Positions 12,121 to 25,059 of a stretch of DNA of 64,000 bases are shown one piece after another. The notes under the pieces are model-generated. The model had not been told where the DNA came from and ran no database searches. It was given only the letters and a program-made list of their open reading frames with translations. Origin of the DNA: Eledone cirrhosa (Eukaryota); the NCBI GenBank assembly GCA_964016885.1, contig OZ024742.1, positions 181,412,001 to 181,476,000 of the forward strand, written 5' to 3'. The position numbers and the translations under genes were made by a program. Position 1 is the stretch's first letter. Each line of letters begins with the position of its first letter.

Positions 12121-13999
12121 GGGATTTTTTTCTAGTTTTTTAGATTTTGATTTCAAATCCTGCCATAGTCAACTTTGCCATTCATCCTTCCACAATCAAT
12201 AAAATAAACTACCAGTCAAGTATTGGGTTTGATTTAATCAACTATATCCTTCCTCCAATTTTGCTGGTCTTGGCCTGAATTAGAGATCAATATTTTGTTA
12301 TTTAGAAATCAGCGTAATCAAAGGATGTTTCTCTCAAAGACAGGAAATTGATAAAATGTATGAATAAAGGAACTGTTGATTTACATTCCAAAATGTCATG
12401 AGAAACTGAATCCTCATCACACTTTAACATCTCTTTTCAGATTGCTGAAGCTTACAGAAGATGACGAAGGACTGTAACAAATGGGGATATGCTGTGCTGA
12501 AGAGGATCCATCCCACCCTTGTAAGTAGGGAAACGTGGACGTAAAATGATGATGATGATGATTTCCATGCTTGCATGCATTAGACAATTTGTTACATTCT
12601 GAGGCTAGATAGGTGGTAATATATATGTGTGAAATTGAGAGATTGCTGAATTAGCAGAATCATTAGAGCATTGGATAAAATGCTTCATAGAATTTAATTC
12701 CAGCTCTTTATGTTCTGAGTCAACGTTTCCTTTCATCTTTCCAGGTTTCCATAAATTAAGTACTTGTCAAGTATTGTGGTCAATATAATCAACTTTCCCT
12801 TCCCCTTAAACATTGCTGGTCTTGTGCTTAAATGTGCTTAAATGAGAAATCATAGTTTTGTAGAGGATCTATAGATGTTTTTTAGCTCCAGATTAACCTT
12901 GAATGAGCAGACCCTTGATCAAAAGCATTCCAGCCATGACCATCCTATCTTTTTGATATAAGAAATTAAATTGTTCAATGTGTTCTTCATTTCAAAGAAA
13001 GAAAGGGAGTGGCACGGGATCTGTCTGTTATTTCTAACATGTATGACTATGCAGAGGCTCCTATGGAATTTGGCAGGCTGTACTGATTAGGATTATTTAA
13101 AACAAAAATGTTTAACAACTGCTGTGATATTTAAATGAAGGAGAGCATATACTCCTATATAACTCAAAAGTGGCATAAAAAGCCTTATAAAGGCATCAAT
13201 TTAAAATAGACATATTGACTAAGCTCTTTGTTAGCCCTCTGTATATAACTTAAGAAAGTTATATATAGAGAGGGCTATATAGCTTTCGATGTTAAGTTTT
13301 AATGTCTGATTCAAGGCTAGAAGTTTATCAGACTGGAAATTATCCTAGCTTCATGAGGCCTTAGGTAACAGAGTACAAGATGTACTCTTTCCTGGTTGAC
13401 ATTCCAGTCTCTCATGAGGCTAATTTCCAGCTGCTGCTGCTGATACTCATTTTCAGCTCAGTGCACTGGAACAATGTGAAATGAAGTTCCATGCTTAAGG
13501 AAAACACTTGGTGCCTGATCAAAGGATTGAACTCATCTCCTTAAATTCTTAAATTCTAACCACCAGTTTCCTATCATATAGCTTTTTCTTTTCCAAGCAT
13601 AAAGTATGAATCTAGAATTAGAATGAAAGAAATGAAATGAAATTTACAGTATTATAGGGGGCTTGTATTTGTTAGGGGTTTTGTGGGAGTTTTAATAATA
13701 GGTGCTCCAGTCCTATCATGTTGTTACAGTTCACACTTATATAAGCTTAGATGGCCTTCTACAAGGCTGTATTTCATAGGAGGTTTCTAGAGTGTTTTAA
13801 TGATATGGTCCCAAGTCTTATTATGAAAAGAAATGTGAAATCAAGTGACTTTCTCAAGTAACCGATGCCAAACCCAGTCCAGGTATTAAACCCAGAAAGT
13901 GTTATTCTCATGCATCCAATACCCTAACCACTAGGTATAGAAAAAATAAGACTTGAAGATGGAACTAATGTTCATTTTTTGGGGATAAGGTAATAAAAG

Positions 14000-14660
14000 T
14001 TGACCTTGCACAATTGCACCTCTCAAAGGCAATGACTCACGACCATGACCTCTGGCGCTATGCAGTTTTATGGAAGACTTGCCCTCTATTGTTCTCGGAA
14101 TGCTGAAATCTAGTAGGCAACACCTTCCTCAACCTTCTATCCCCTCTCATTCACCTTCTTCAGCGGTAACCATACCTACCCTACTACCCTGCCCACATTT
14201 TTCTCCCAAGCCCCTCCACTCTCCCAAGACGAAAGTGCCCAGGCCCCACTGTGTTGTGTTGGTGACACAACAAAGGTGCCCACTCCACACTCTAAAGAAC
14301 ATCCAGTCCACACTGTAAAGTGATCGTGTAGGTGTCACGACAAAAAGCACCCAGCACACACTGTAAATGTGGTTGGCATTAGGAAGGGCATCCAGCCATA
14401 GAAAACCAGCCTCAAAACACCCAGCCCACACTGGAAAGTGGACATGTAAAAGGGATGGCAAAAAACACCCAGCACACACTGTAATGGTGGTTGGCATTAG
14501 AAAGGCATCCGGCTGTAGAAAACCAGCTAGAAACTCTCCTATATGAGCGAGACAACTCACTTTGCCACTAAATGGGACAAACCCACTTTTCCACTAAATG
14601 GGACAAACCCATCTAAGCCATGTTAACATGGAAGATAGACGTTAATTGACAATGACAATG
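14000..14660 (+). mobile_element. RTE LINE extreme 3' fragment with 3' module
   Basis: DLAQLHLSKAMTHDHDLWRYAV coding remnant, then ~43-bp units, AGGAAGGGCATCCAGC and a GGACGTTAA-like terminus. Confidence 0.75.
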
Positions 14661-14744
14661 ATGACAGACCAGTTTTAGTTATGGGTAGATTTTTAGTTTC
14701 ATTTTTAATTTTACATTTGTGCTGGTGTTGTACATTTTTTAACA

Positions 14745-15420
14745 TGAAAGAAACGAAGCTTGCATGCTCTGATGGATGTGTAATAGTAATATATGCGAAC
14801 GGCAAAGCATCAACAAACTGAGAGAGAGACTAAGCATAAGAAGAATCAAATGCTGTGTGCAGGAGAAGAGATTATGTTGATATGGACATGTGATGCGTAT
14901 GAAGGAGGACAGCTGCATAAAAAGGTGCAGAGCACTAAAGGTCGATGGAAGCCTTGGAGTTGGGAGACCCAAGAAGACCTGGGATGAAGTGATAAGAGCT
15001 GACCTTGCCCAATTGCACCTCTCAAAGGTGATGACACAGGACAGAGACCTCTGGCGTTATGCAATAATACAGAAGACCCGACTTCCCATGGGTACAAGCC
15101 AAAGCTGAAGCATATAGACAATATGCCCCCACATCCTCCCACTGCAAAGTGGTCGAGGAGGTGTCGCAACAAAAATAACCCAATCCACACTGTAAAGTGG
15201 TTGTGTAGGCATCATGGTAAAAAAGTACCCAGTACTCACTGTAAATGAGGTTGGTGTTAGATAGAGCATCCGGCTGTAGAAATCAAGCCAAAATCAGTTC
15301 TGTAAGAGCCATACATGGTCATCTGACCTAGCTTTGCCCACAACAGGACAACCCATCTAATCCATGCTAGCGTGGAAGAATGGACGTAAAACGGTTATGA
15401 TGAGGATGATGATGATGATT
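14745..15420 (+). mobile_element. 5'-truncated RTE LINE
   Basis: MRMKEDSCIKRCRALKVDG..GRPKKTWDEVIRADLAQLHLSK. The 3' UTR is colinear with 44490-44780 and ends in (ATG)n. Confidence 0.88.
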
Positions 15421-17324
15421 TATAAATATATGATATATTTGGTCTTCACCACCGGACATTAGAAGTCTATTCTATTGCGCCTTTTCTATGACCTTCCATA
15501 TATGCAAATAATGTTGCATATTCTATTGCACCTCTTCTATGACCTTCTATAGATGTAAATAATATTGTAGCATTATAACATTATTATCCTTGTTTCTCAG
15601 GCTGGTTTTTTCATTGTCTGCGAGATATCTGTAAATCAGGAGTTTTATTATTTTTTACTGGTTTCAGTCATTGGACTGCAGCCATGCTAGAGCACTTCCT
15701 TCAAGGGATATAGTCAATCAAATCAAACCCAGTAATTGTTCTTTTCAAATCTGTTAGTTGTATTATTGATCTATTTGTCTTCAACCTCTCTATTTTATGG
15801 GAAATAAATGAATACACACATGCACACATACATGCACATATATTTGTGCCAAGTCAGGCCATTTTCCCTGCTAGAGAAGGAGTTAGCCTTGTGGACTCAT
15901 AATAGGTTTCATGCTTATTGTGAGGTTGTTTTGTGGCAATGTTGTATGGCTGGGTGCCCTTCCTGGCACCAACTATGCAACAGTTGCCTCTGAAGACAAG
16001 CATATTTATATGCGTATGTAAAAAGTAAACAGAAATAACAAAACAAAATAAATGGTGCAGTACATGGAAGGAATATACTAATGTAACACTTGAAATAGCA
16101 GGAAGAGAGTCTTAATGTTTTGGATGCTAGTCCATCAGAAGAAAGAAATCCAACAAATTCTACTCACAACACATTGAGTCATGCTGAGGCTATTGAAGAA
16201 GACACTTGCCTAAGATGACACATAGTGGGACTGAACACCAAACCATGTGCTTGTTAACTTCTTTGCGCTCAAAATTGTTGCTTCATTAAGGAATATTTAA
16301 ATGATGAATTTAATTTCAGTTACACTTGAGGAAATTAAGATGTTTTCTAACTATTTGTTTGTCTTGGTAAATAATTCTCAAATGTGTTGGAATTGAATAT
16401 TTGTGGAAAACTGATTTGCAAAGAAGCATTGAGAAGCAATCTATTTCATTAGAACTAATATCTAACATTCTGAAATTTTGTCTTGTTCTTTTAAAGACAG
16501 CTTCTTGATTAATCTTCACATAGTTTTCTTTATGTCAGCTTCTGAACAAATTAATCAGGTCAAAACTGATGCATTGCAAAATCCTCACCATTGCAGTAAT
16601 TACAACCAGTAAAGACAGCTACAGATACAACAGCAATAAAAACAACAGTAACAACAACCAGCCAAGACATTATTAGTAGTTCAAACAATGGAATTTTATT
16701 TCATCTTTTGTGTGTAAGTGCGTACAGACATAATGCACACACAAACACACATACATGCACACAAACAAACACACATACACACACACAAACACACAAACAA
16801 AAACACACATAATACATACATACGTACATATATGTTTATTTTCTGATTAGTAGAATTGTAATTGTCATCAAATAAAGCATAAACTGATAAAAGTTCATTA
16901 GATTTTACTTTATTTTTAAATGGAATTGAGACTTACTATTAAGATATATCCACACTGGCTCCAAATGGTTCCAACTGATAATTCTATTGAAATTCTTAGC
17001 TTTGTTGCTCAAGTGTAATTATAGAGATAATAAACTAGCAAATATATAAAACTGCGATCAGCACTACCCAACCATTCAGACATTATAAGCTGAGCTAAAG
17101 AAGAGAAGTCAGCTAATGGAAATAATGAAAGACTAGTCGACTAAATAGTGTATACTACTAGTTTCATATCTTTACATCTTCAGTTTAATTTCTATTGTGG
17201 GTTTTGATAGAATATGTACCAGTAATATACTGCTGTCAGGTCAATTAACAAAAGTACTTTTCTTTAAAAAAAAAGGCATTTTATCTCATTGAAACAAATA
17301 TTATTATGTGTTTCATGCAAGAGG

Positions 17325-17540
17325 GAGGGTGGCATAATCAGTAGAACGTCGGACACCATGCTTTGCAGCATAGAGTTACGGCCCTTTACGTTCTGAGTTA
17401 AAATCCTGTCGAGGTTAGCTTTGCTTTTCATCCTTACTGGGTCGATAAAATAAAGAACCAGTAACGCACTGGGGTAGATTTAATTGACTTTCCCCTCCCC
17501 CAAAATTGTTGGCCTTGTGCCTATAGTAGAAACCATTATG
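17325..17540 (+). mobile_element. SINE (second family)
   Basis: Matches 1383-1560 with a longer 3' segment. Further decayed copies lie at about 12140-12290, 12640-12860, 27950-28030 and 47420-47560. Confidence 0.75.
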
Positions 17541-18409
17541 CATTTCATGCATGCTGGAGTAGTAAAAATGGTTGATCATGAATATGTCAGGCCCATTACA
17601 ACACAGTGCTTCATCAGGAGGGCTTCTGAAACTTTTTTCTCAATAGTACCCAAAACATTGTTTAAAAAGTACCAAAATATACAAAAACATACCAAAACCA
17701 ATTATCCCCCTTCCATATACCTCCCACGTCCTAACATTCCACTCTTCACCAGCTAAGTGCTCCATCCTAGACCAACCTCTCCAATCTCCACCCTATATAC
17801 ATGCATCTGCTCAATCCTAGCTCTCAGGCCACACTGTAAAGTAGTCATTTTGGTGCCACAACAAAAAGCGCCCAGTTCACAATGTAAAGTGTTCATCTTG
17901 GTGCTACGATAAAAAGAGCCCAGTCTACAATGTAAATGTAGTTGGCGTTATGAAGAAGACATACAGCTGTAGAAACCAAGCCAGAAACAGTTTCAGCATG
18001 AACAAGACATGGTTATATCTGAGCTGACTTGTCTCACAATGTGACAGCTTGTCTAATGCATGCTACTGTGGAAACATGTACGTTAAACAGTGATGACGAT
18101 GATGATGAAATCACACAAATGTTAAAAAAAGAAAATGTTTTACATTTACTTTATATATTTTAATTACAAAGAGATGTCTTCTTCCACACCTTTCTTGCAA
18201 TTTGAGACAAAGTTGCTGTTGTAGAGTGCCACTTAGTGCAGTCAACATTTTACAGCAGAGACTTTGATCCTAAAATGATGATTTTATTATTTTTGTTTGT
18301 TGTTGTTGAGAAGGGACAAAAACATTCTACAGCTGATGAAGAATGTGGCAATGAAAGAAGTTACATCATGAATTTAGATAGTTGGCCTTACCTAAATACA
18401 TAGTAAAAC

Positions 18410-18790
18410 CTACTACAGCCAGTAGGCATCTCTAACAAAATACACCCCGTCCCACCACCCCCACCCCATCCACACCGCCTCCCTTCTATGTAAAGTTATG
18501 TTGGTGCCCGCGCCATCCAGGCTGAAACAAATGAGAATCGTGTAGGTGTCACGACAAAAAAACACACAGTCCACGCTGTAATGTGGCCGTGTAGGCAACA
18601 CGGTAAAAACCTCCCAGACCCACACTGTAAATGTGGTTGGTGTTAGGAAGGGCATCCAACTGTAGAAAACCTGCCAGACAGTCCTATGCGAGCAAGACAA
18701 TCACTCTTGCCTCAAGTGGGAAAACCCCCGTCCAAACCCATGCAAGCGTGGAACACGGACGTTAAACGTTGATGATGATGATGATGATGA
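18410..18790 (+). mobile_element. RTE 3' UTR module
   Basis: Reverse-complement homologue of 20612-20960. Terminus GCGTGGAACACGGACGTTAAAC then (GAT)n. Confidence 0.75.
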
Positions 18791-20611
18791 TGGATAGTGA
18801 TATATGCCACCACATTTTTCTTAAGAAACAAGAAACTAGTATTTCTCAGGCTCATTTTATTCATTAAGAGATGCAACTTGCAGAGTTATTTCCCTCCATT
18901 CTCTATTTATTTGTTAATAGTCATCTTCATGTACAAGGTTGGAAAATGTCATTGCTAATGGTATATTTGATTTTTGTTTACCTTCAATAATTTTGTTCAG
19001 CTAAAAACAAGTTGTTTGTTGGTAGAAATGTACATTGTTTCATCTACTTTAGGGGGAACTTTGCTGAATTTAGCTTAGAGAATGAGTAGTGTCCTTTTCA
19101 TCACTATAAGAACGATATTCTATATTCACATTCTTTCTATTCATGGTGGGTTTGAATATACCAAACTTTGGCAGTGCTGCTCATCAATTGTATTCCTTTA
19201 TAAGGTTCAGGCTTCTGAGATCAGCTTTCACATCTTCTGCACACATCTTCTTTGGTTTCTTTTTCCATGGCTTTCTTCCATATGGATTACCTAGCACTTC
19301 TTTACCCAACTGTCAATATCCATGTTAGCACAGTCTTCTCTCTTGCATACATCTTATTTCCTTTATGCCCAGTTTTTCTCTCAACTTATTCTTGCTTCAT
19401 TTTTCATGTATACTAACTATTACACATCCAGCAGAGCATACTAACCTCATTCCCTTTTTGCACATCTTTTGTATTTAATCAAAATATTTTGTAGTATTCA
19501 ACAATGTTCATTTTCATTTTGAATCTAAGACTTCCATTATCATTTTTCTAAAGATACTGCCTGTGATTTTAAAATAATTTTGTAAATATTCAAGAATTCA
19601 AAGGGATTTATTTAATAGTATAACTAACTTTCTTGTAATTTATCTGGTGTTTGGAACATAACTTAATAAAGGTTCTTACATAAAATTATGATGGAATGTT
19701 TTTAGATAAATGTAAACACTTTAGAATAAACAGTTTTGTATTGTAAAAACAGGGCAATTTTATGTGGTTTGGTAACAAAGCATTTAGCTCATGCTAGGAT
19801 TGAATGTTCTATACTTTTTATGGTTGATAAAATAAGTATAAAAGATATAAGGAAGTTGATTCAATTGACTTTGTCCTTCCCATATATATTGGGGTGAGAA
19901 ATCAATAGCATAAATGGTGCTGAGAATCAGAGAATCAAATAGAAAACTATTAAATTCCTAGGAATATAATGTGTGTCTTTGACCTAATTTCTATCTGGCA
20001 CTGATACACTTTCTCTGTGTTGTTTTCATTGTCCTTGTGAATGGCCTGACTTGTCTAACAAACTTATTTTTGCTCAGTTTTATGAATATGAAATCTTTTT
20101 GTTTGAGTAAGATATCATAAAACATATTAGGGGAAAATTTAAAAGGGAAGATATTTCTTCTTGGTTTCAACTAGTCAGACTAGAGTTGGGCTACTCAAGT
20201 TATATATATGTATACATTAACATACATATCTATACATAGACAGTACAAGGTTGAACTATGTATTTGAACTCAAAACTTTTAAACTAAATGTTTTGTCTAT
20301 CTATACACTACTAAAACTCTGTGATTGTGTGCTTGTCTGTAATTTAATACTGCAAAAAAAACGGCGCATAACGAGAAAATATTTTGAAAGGAAGTTGCGC
20401 CTGAAATGGGAATACAAATGGAAAAAAACAAGTTCCACATAAATCAGAGCACAGGTTCCCGAGATACGGGATTTTTGCAGGTAGCTTCATAAATAGTGAG
20501 AGAAAGAGATAGTGGCTGTGTGAGAGTAGATTGAAAAAGAAACAGAGAGAGAAAGAGAAGGAGACATAGAAGGAAAATGGAAGAGAGAGAGAGAGCTGGT
20601 AGTGTTGTTGT

Positions 20612-22408
20612 CATCATCATCATCATCATCGTTTAACATCTATCTTCCATGCTAGCATGGGTTTAGATGGGAATTGTCCCACTTGAGGCAAGATTGGTGC
20701 AGGTTTTCTACGGCTGGATGCCCTTCCTAACACCAACCACGTTTACAGTGTGGACTGGGAGGTTTTTACCGTGTTACCTACACAACCACATTACAGCGTG
20801 GACTGTGTGTTTTTTTGTCATGACACCTACACGACCTCATTCATTTAGGACTGGATGTTGTGGTACCAACATAACTTTACATCGAGAGGAGTGGTGTAGA
20901 TGGGGTTGGGAGTAGGGTAGTGGGACGGGGGTGTATTTTGGTTAAGAGGTGCCTACTGAGTGTAGGTTTCGCTTTGTACGTAGGCAAGGCGGGTCTTCTG
21001 TATTACTGCGTAGCGCCAAAGATCTCGGTCCAGTGACATTGTCTTGGAGAGGTGTAAGTGTGTAAGGCCGGAATTTATCAAGTCGTTCCAGGTTTTTCTG
21101 GGTCTGGCTACTCCGTAGCTACCGTCTATTTTGATCGCCCTGCACTTTTTTATACAGCTGTCGACTTTCATGTGCATCACGTGACCATACCAACGTAGTC
21201 TTCTCTCGAGTAAACAGCATCTGATCCCTCTTATTCCTAATTTCTCACTTAGTTCATTTATGCTTTGCCGTTCACGTATATTACTATTACACATTCAACG
21301 GAGCATGCAAGCTTCGTTCCTCTCCAGTCTGCGGAAATCCTCTGCACACAATGCCCATGTCTCACTGCCATGTAACATTGCCGTTCGTATGCAGGCATCA
21401 TACAGCCTGCCTTTCATTTTTAGAGAGAAACCTTTAGCGGCCAATAGTGGTATAAGCTCTCTGAACTTTTTCTATCCCGTTCTGACTCTAGCTACTGTAC
21501 TTTCAGAGCACCAACTTTTACGCTAAACTCTTCACTATATTCATTGTTAATTCTAACCTTATACATGGCATGTATAGCTCTCACAAGCCATTCATCAACA
21601 CCTAGTTTTCTGAGAGCCCACCAGATAATGGGGCGTGAGACTCTGTCAAAGGCTTTTTCCAAGTCAACAAAAGCTAAGTATATGGGTTTACCTTTAGCTA
21701 GGTACTTCTCCTGTAGTTGTCGTACATGGAAAAGAGCGTCTGTGGTACTTTTACCTGACACATACCCGAACTGCATTTCATCTAGATCAATTCACTCTCT
21801 GATTAGTTGCGCTATTACTTTTTCTGTGACCTTTATGACCTGATCAATTAATTTAAGGCCTCTATACTTTCCCCTATCTAAGGCATCTCCTTTACCCTTG
21901 TAGCAGTTAATGATGGTGCTGCTATGCCAGTCCTTCGGAACAACCCCATTCTGTATGACTTGGTTTACTATCCGGGTGACCATAGTGTGTCCCACCATTC
22001 CAGATGCTTTCAGCATTTCAGCAACTATTTCCGAAGGCCCAGCTGCCTCGCTCGTCTTCATATCTTTGATTGCCTTATTTATTATACTACCTTCAACTTG
22101 CACTGCTGGTCCCTCTATTGGATCGATGTGGGGGACACTGTCTTTCTCCCATTTATTCTCCTCATTTAGTAGCCTTTCATAGTGACACTTCCAAGCTACC
22201 TTCTTATCAGCGTCAGTGATGGCAAGTACACCATCATCATTACGGACACACTTCTCCCCGACAATATCACGGCTTTCCTTGACGCATTGCCTAGCAATCC
22301 TGAACACCTCATGTTTTTGGTCCTCGCGTTGTAGAACATGCTTCAACTTTCTCTCCTCTGCTTCCCTTCTTGCAAAGTACACTTGTCTCCTAGCTTCCCT
22401 CCTGGCCA
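20612..22408 (-). mobile_element. 5'-truncated, internally deleted RTE LINE
   Basis: ORFs 21792-22409, 21492-21776 and 20953-21294 are homologous to 41992-44490. The YADD/PHD segment is deleted near 21510. (CAT)n tail on the plus strand. Confidence 0.92.
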
Positions 22409-22955
22409 CTTATATATATACATATATATGTGTGTGTGTCTGTGACCAGTGTATATATGAGACACCCACATATATATATATATATATACACACACACATA
22501 TATATATATGGAAATGATATATATGTGTGTGTGTTTGTAAAGTAAATGACTCTTGGCAATATAGGAATGAAACAATTCTATTCCCATAGAAGTTATTTCT
22601 AGAATAAAATAAATATGCTTATACTCTACTAACATATTGAGTACATTTTTCAACTCTGGTTACCTCTCGATATACATCGCGAATCTACCTTGCTACCAGG
22701 GAAAACAGACATTAAAAGGATGATGATGATGATGATATATATATATATATATATCGTTAATTATTTTCCATTTTGACGTTATAGTCATTTATATATTATG
22801 AAATACTGTTGGCTTCTTGTTCACAATAATTTCTATATTTTCATTTATATATATATATGTATGTATTGTTTCGAAGAGATTGTTTTGGTAAAAACAGGAG
22901 CAAGCAGGAGAAAGCTCTCAACATTTGTAGTTTGTAGTTATGATGGAGATTCAGT

Positions 22956-23024
22956 ATAATAATAACATTAATAAAGATGCTGATGTTACATAAACGATTT
23001 ATGTAACATCACCATCTTTATTAA

Positions 23025-23036
<12 letters not shown>
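22956..23036. repeat. Near-perfect hairpin (39-bp arms, 3-nt loop)
   Basis: ATAATAATAACATTAATAAAGATGCTGATGTTACATAAA-CGA-TTTATGTAACATCACCATCTTTATTAATGTTATTATTAT, one mismatch. Confidence 0.9.
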
Positions 23037-23076
<40 letters not shown>

Positions 23077-23639
23077 TATTATACAAGGTGAATTCAAGAG
23101 GTTTTGAGACTTTTTCTTTTCCGGCACTTTTAATTGACTTACATAACTGTCACTTGATATAATTATAATAAGTTAAAGTGCCAAATCTTTTTTTTCCAGG
23201 CTGAAGGTTGGGGGGGGGGGGGTGAATGTACATTACTATAGACAACAACACTTATGTTTTTGTTGTTGTTTTAAGGAGCAACAGGCTATGGATTAATTTC
23301 AGATATCACAACCTTAGTGCCTGTCTGTGTAATCACAATATACTGAGTACACCTACCCACCTAATCACTCACCTACCTATGCTGGTGTTGATAATAAATA
23401 GGCTGCCTGGTAAGTGAAACATTAACATTTCACAAGAAGTGGAAGAGCAGTCATCCCAATCTGGTCAGAGGAAAACTGGGGCAAGGCATAAAATATAAGA
23501 GGTAATCTAAGCATTCATTGCATCTACAGGACCTTTCAAGGATTGGTTCCTTTCAGCTGCAGCTGCTTTAGTAGGTGTTGTTGATAATGTTGTTGCTAAT
23601 TTGAATGACAAATATCTGAATTAAAGAGTGAAGGGGGAC

Positions 23640-23870
23640 TGAAATACTGAGATTGAAAGTTTTGAGTACTAAATTTCTGATTAAAGGGATATATTACGTT
23701 GGTAAATGTATGAGGTGCTGCCTGTGTGGAATTAAAACAGAAAGTGTCATCCACATAGTGAATGTGTGTGCAATGCTAACTCAAAAGAAGTATGAAAGAA
23801 AACATGACAAAGGTCTGTATGTACCTTTGCTTGTCAGTGTGCTAGAAATATGGATATCAACTGTTCTATA
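23640..23870 (+). pseudogene. Decayed R4/Dong-like LINE zinc-knuckle fragment
   Basis: CCLCGIKTESVIHIVNVCAMLTQKKYERKHD (CCHC plus RHD-like motif). Confidence 0.6.
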
Positions 23871-23964
23871 GGTGGTTCCGCTATATATGGTATCAATATA
23901 TATGGTACCAGTATATATATGGTACCTGTATACATGGTATCAGTATATATATCTTAAGTCTGTC

Positions 23965-24155
23965 TCAAGCTCAGCTCATCAGGCCGGTGCTTATCCAGGT
24001 TTCCATGGCATTAAGTGACAGAAAGTATAAGACTTTCCCCAGGACAGGACATCAGTTCATTGCAGGGTTAAACCCCCAGCTATTGCTGGTACTCATTTTC
24101 ATCTGAGTATACTGGAGCAACGTGAAATGAAGTGATTTGCTCAAGAGCACAACAC
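23965..24155 (-). mobile_element. SINE with Deu/Nin-like body (fragment)
   Basis: GCCGGTGCTTATCCAGGTTTCCATGGCATTAAG..CATTGCAGGGTTAAACCCCCAGC..GGTACTCATTTT..TTGCTCAAGAGCACAAC resembles the Deu/Nin-domain SINE body, recognised from memory. A decayed relative lies at about 13350-13565. Confidence 0.5.
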
Positions 24156-24289
24156 ACAGAAAAAACGAGTAAAAAATTATAACAATGAATTATATAACAA
24201 TAAAATTCACCAATATGGGGAATAACACCCAGGCATAACTTAGGAATCCCTCCAAACTTAAACCACCCTACTCTCCAAGAGCATCCTAT

Positions 24290-25010
24290 GAGGTTACCAC
24301 CCTCCTCTTCAAAACAGCCAGTCTACAGCCACATGATCAGAGTTGGCCTATTCACACAGGCCATCCTCACTACATTCACACACCGTTTAAGAAATGTATT
24401 TGGCATGGGCAGCACTTGCCACCCCACCATCTTCCTTTCCAAGGGGAACTTGAAAAATTTGATGAGAGATTGGCTGAAGAGGAAAGTATCTGTCTTCTGT
24501 CCTTTCAGCCGCATCCACCACACAGCCTATTTTGCTGCAGCTACCAGACAAAGGAAAACTTCCTTCCCTTCCCAGATGGTGGTGGAGCAATTTTCACAAT
24601 GGACTCAGTCAATAGCTGGATCCAGTCTACATGCAATAATAGCTGTTTGGCAAAACTCCACAAGTCAGTAATCCATGGACACCAGATGAGTAATTGAAGA
24701 ATGGTTCCATCACTGAGTGCCTACCTCAGACAAGTCCATCTGACAGCACTCTTGTACCTGCAAAGTTTGTCTCAAGCTGTAAGTGCCCCCATGTAGCACT
24801 GCCAGGCCAGGTATTTCTGGAAGTTTTCCATAGTCACTAAATATCTGGAGATGCTGTAGTCTTAGTGGATATTTGTGTATTATCAGCCATGACATGCCCA
24901 GGCCTCTGCATTGAGGGTGCTGGCAACAGTTGGACTGCCTCACCAATGGAACCAGTCCTTTCTACAAGTTGTTGAAGTACAGGCACTCAAATTTGGTGAG
25001 GTCTGAATTG
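24290..25010 (-). pseudogene. Tx1-clade LINE 3' fragment
   Basis: MENFQKYLAWQCYMGAL..DKLCRY (zf-RVT-like), then WWMRLKGQKTDTFLFSQSLIKFFKFPLERK. Confidence 0.65.
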
Positions 25011-25059
25011 GGGTAAGGCACAATAACAATAATAATAATAATGATAATAATAATAATAA

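Noticed and set aside
12441-12526. Apparent exon bounded by TTTTCAG and GTAAGT
   Set aside because: The sequence is a decayed RTE 3' end followed by the (GAT)n tail, so the splice-like signals are incidental.
18168-18270. Possible 102-nt minus-strand exon (DQSLCCKMLTALSG...), plus similar candidates near 16316-16519, 30045-30095 and 46712-46900
   Set aside because: Splice sites are weak, no domain is recognisable and there is no consistent exon chain. RNA-seq or homology would be needed.
18333-18365. CTGATGA...GAAA spacing resembling a hammerhead
   Set aside because: Stems I, II and III cannot be formed. The same holds for TCATCAG at about 17611 and 23976 and TCTTCAG at about 48207.
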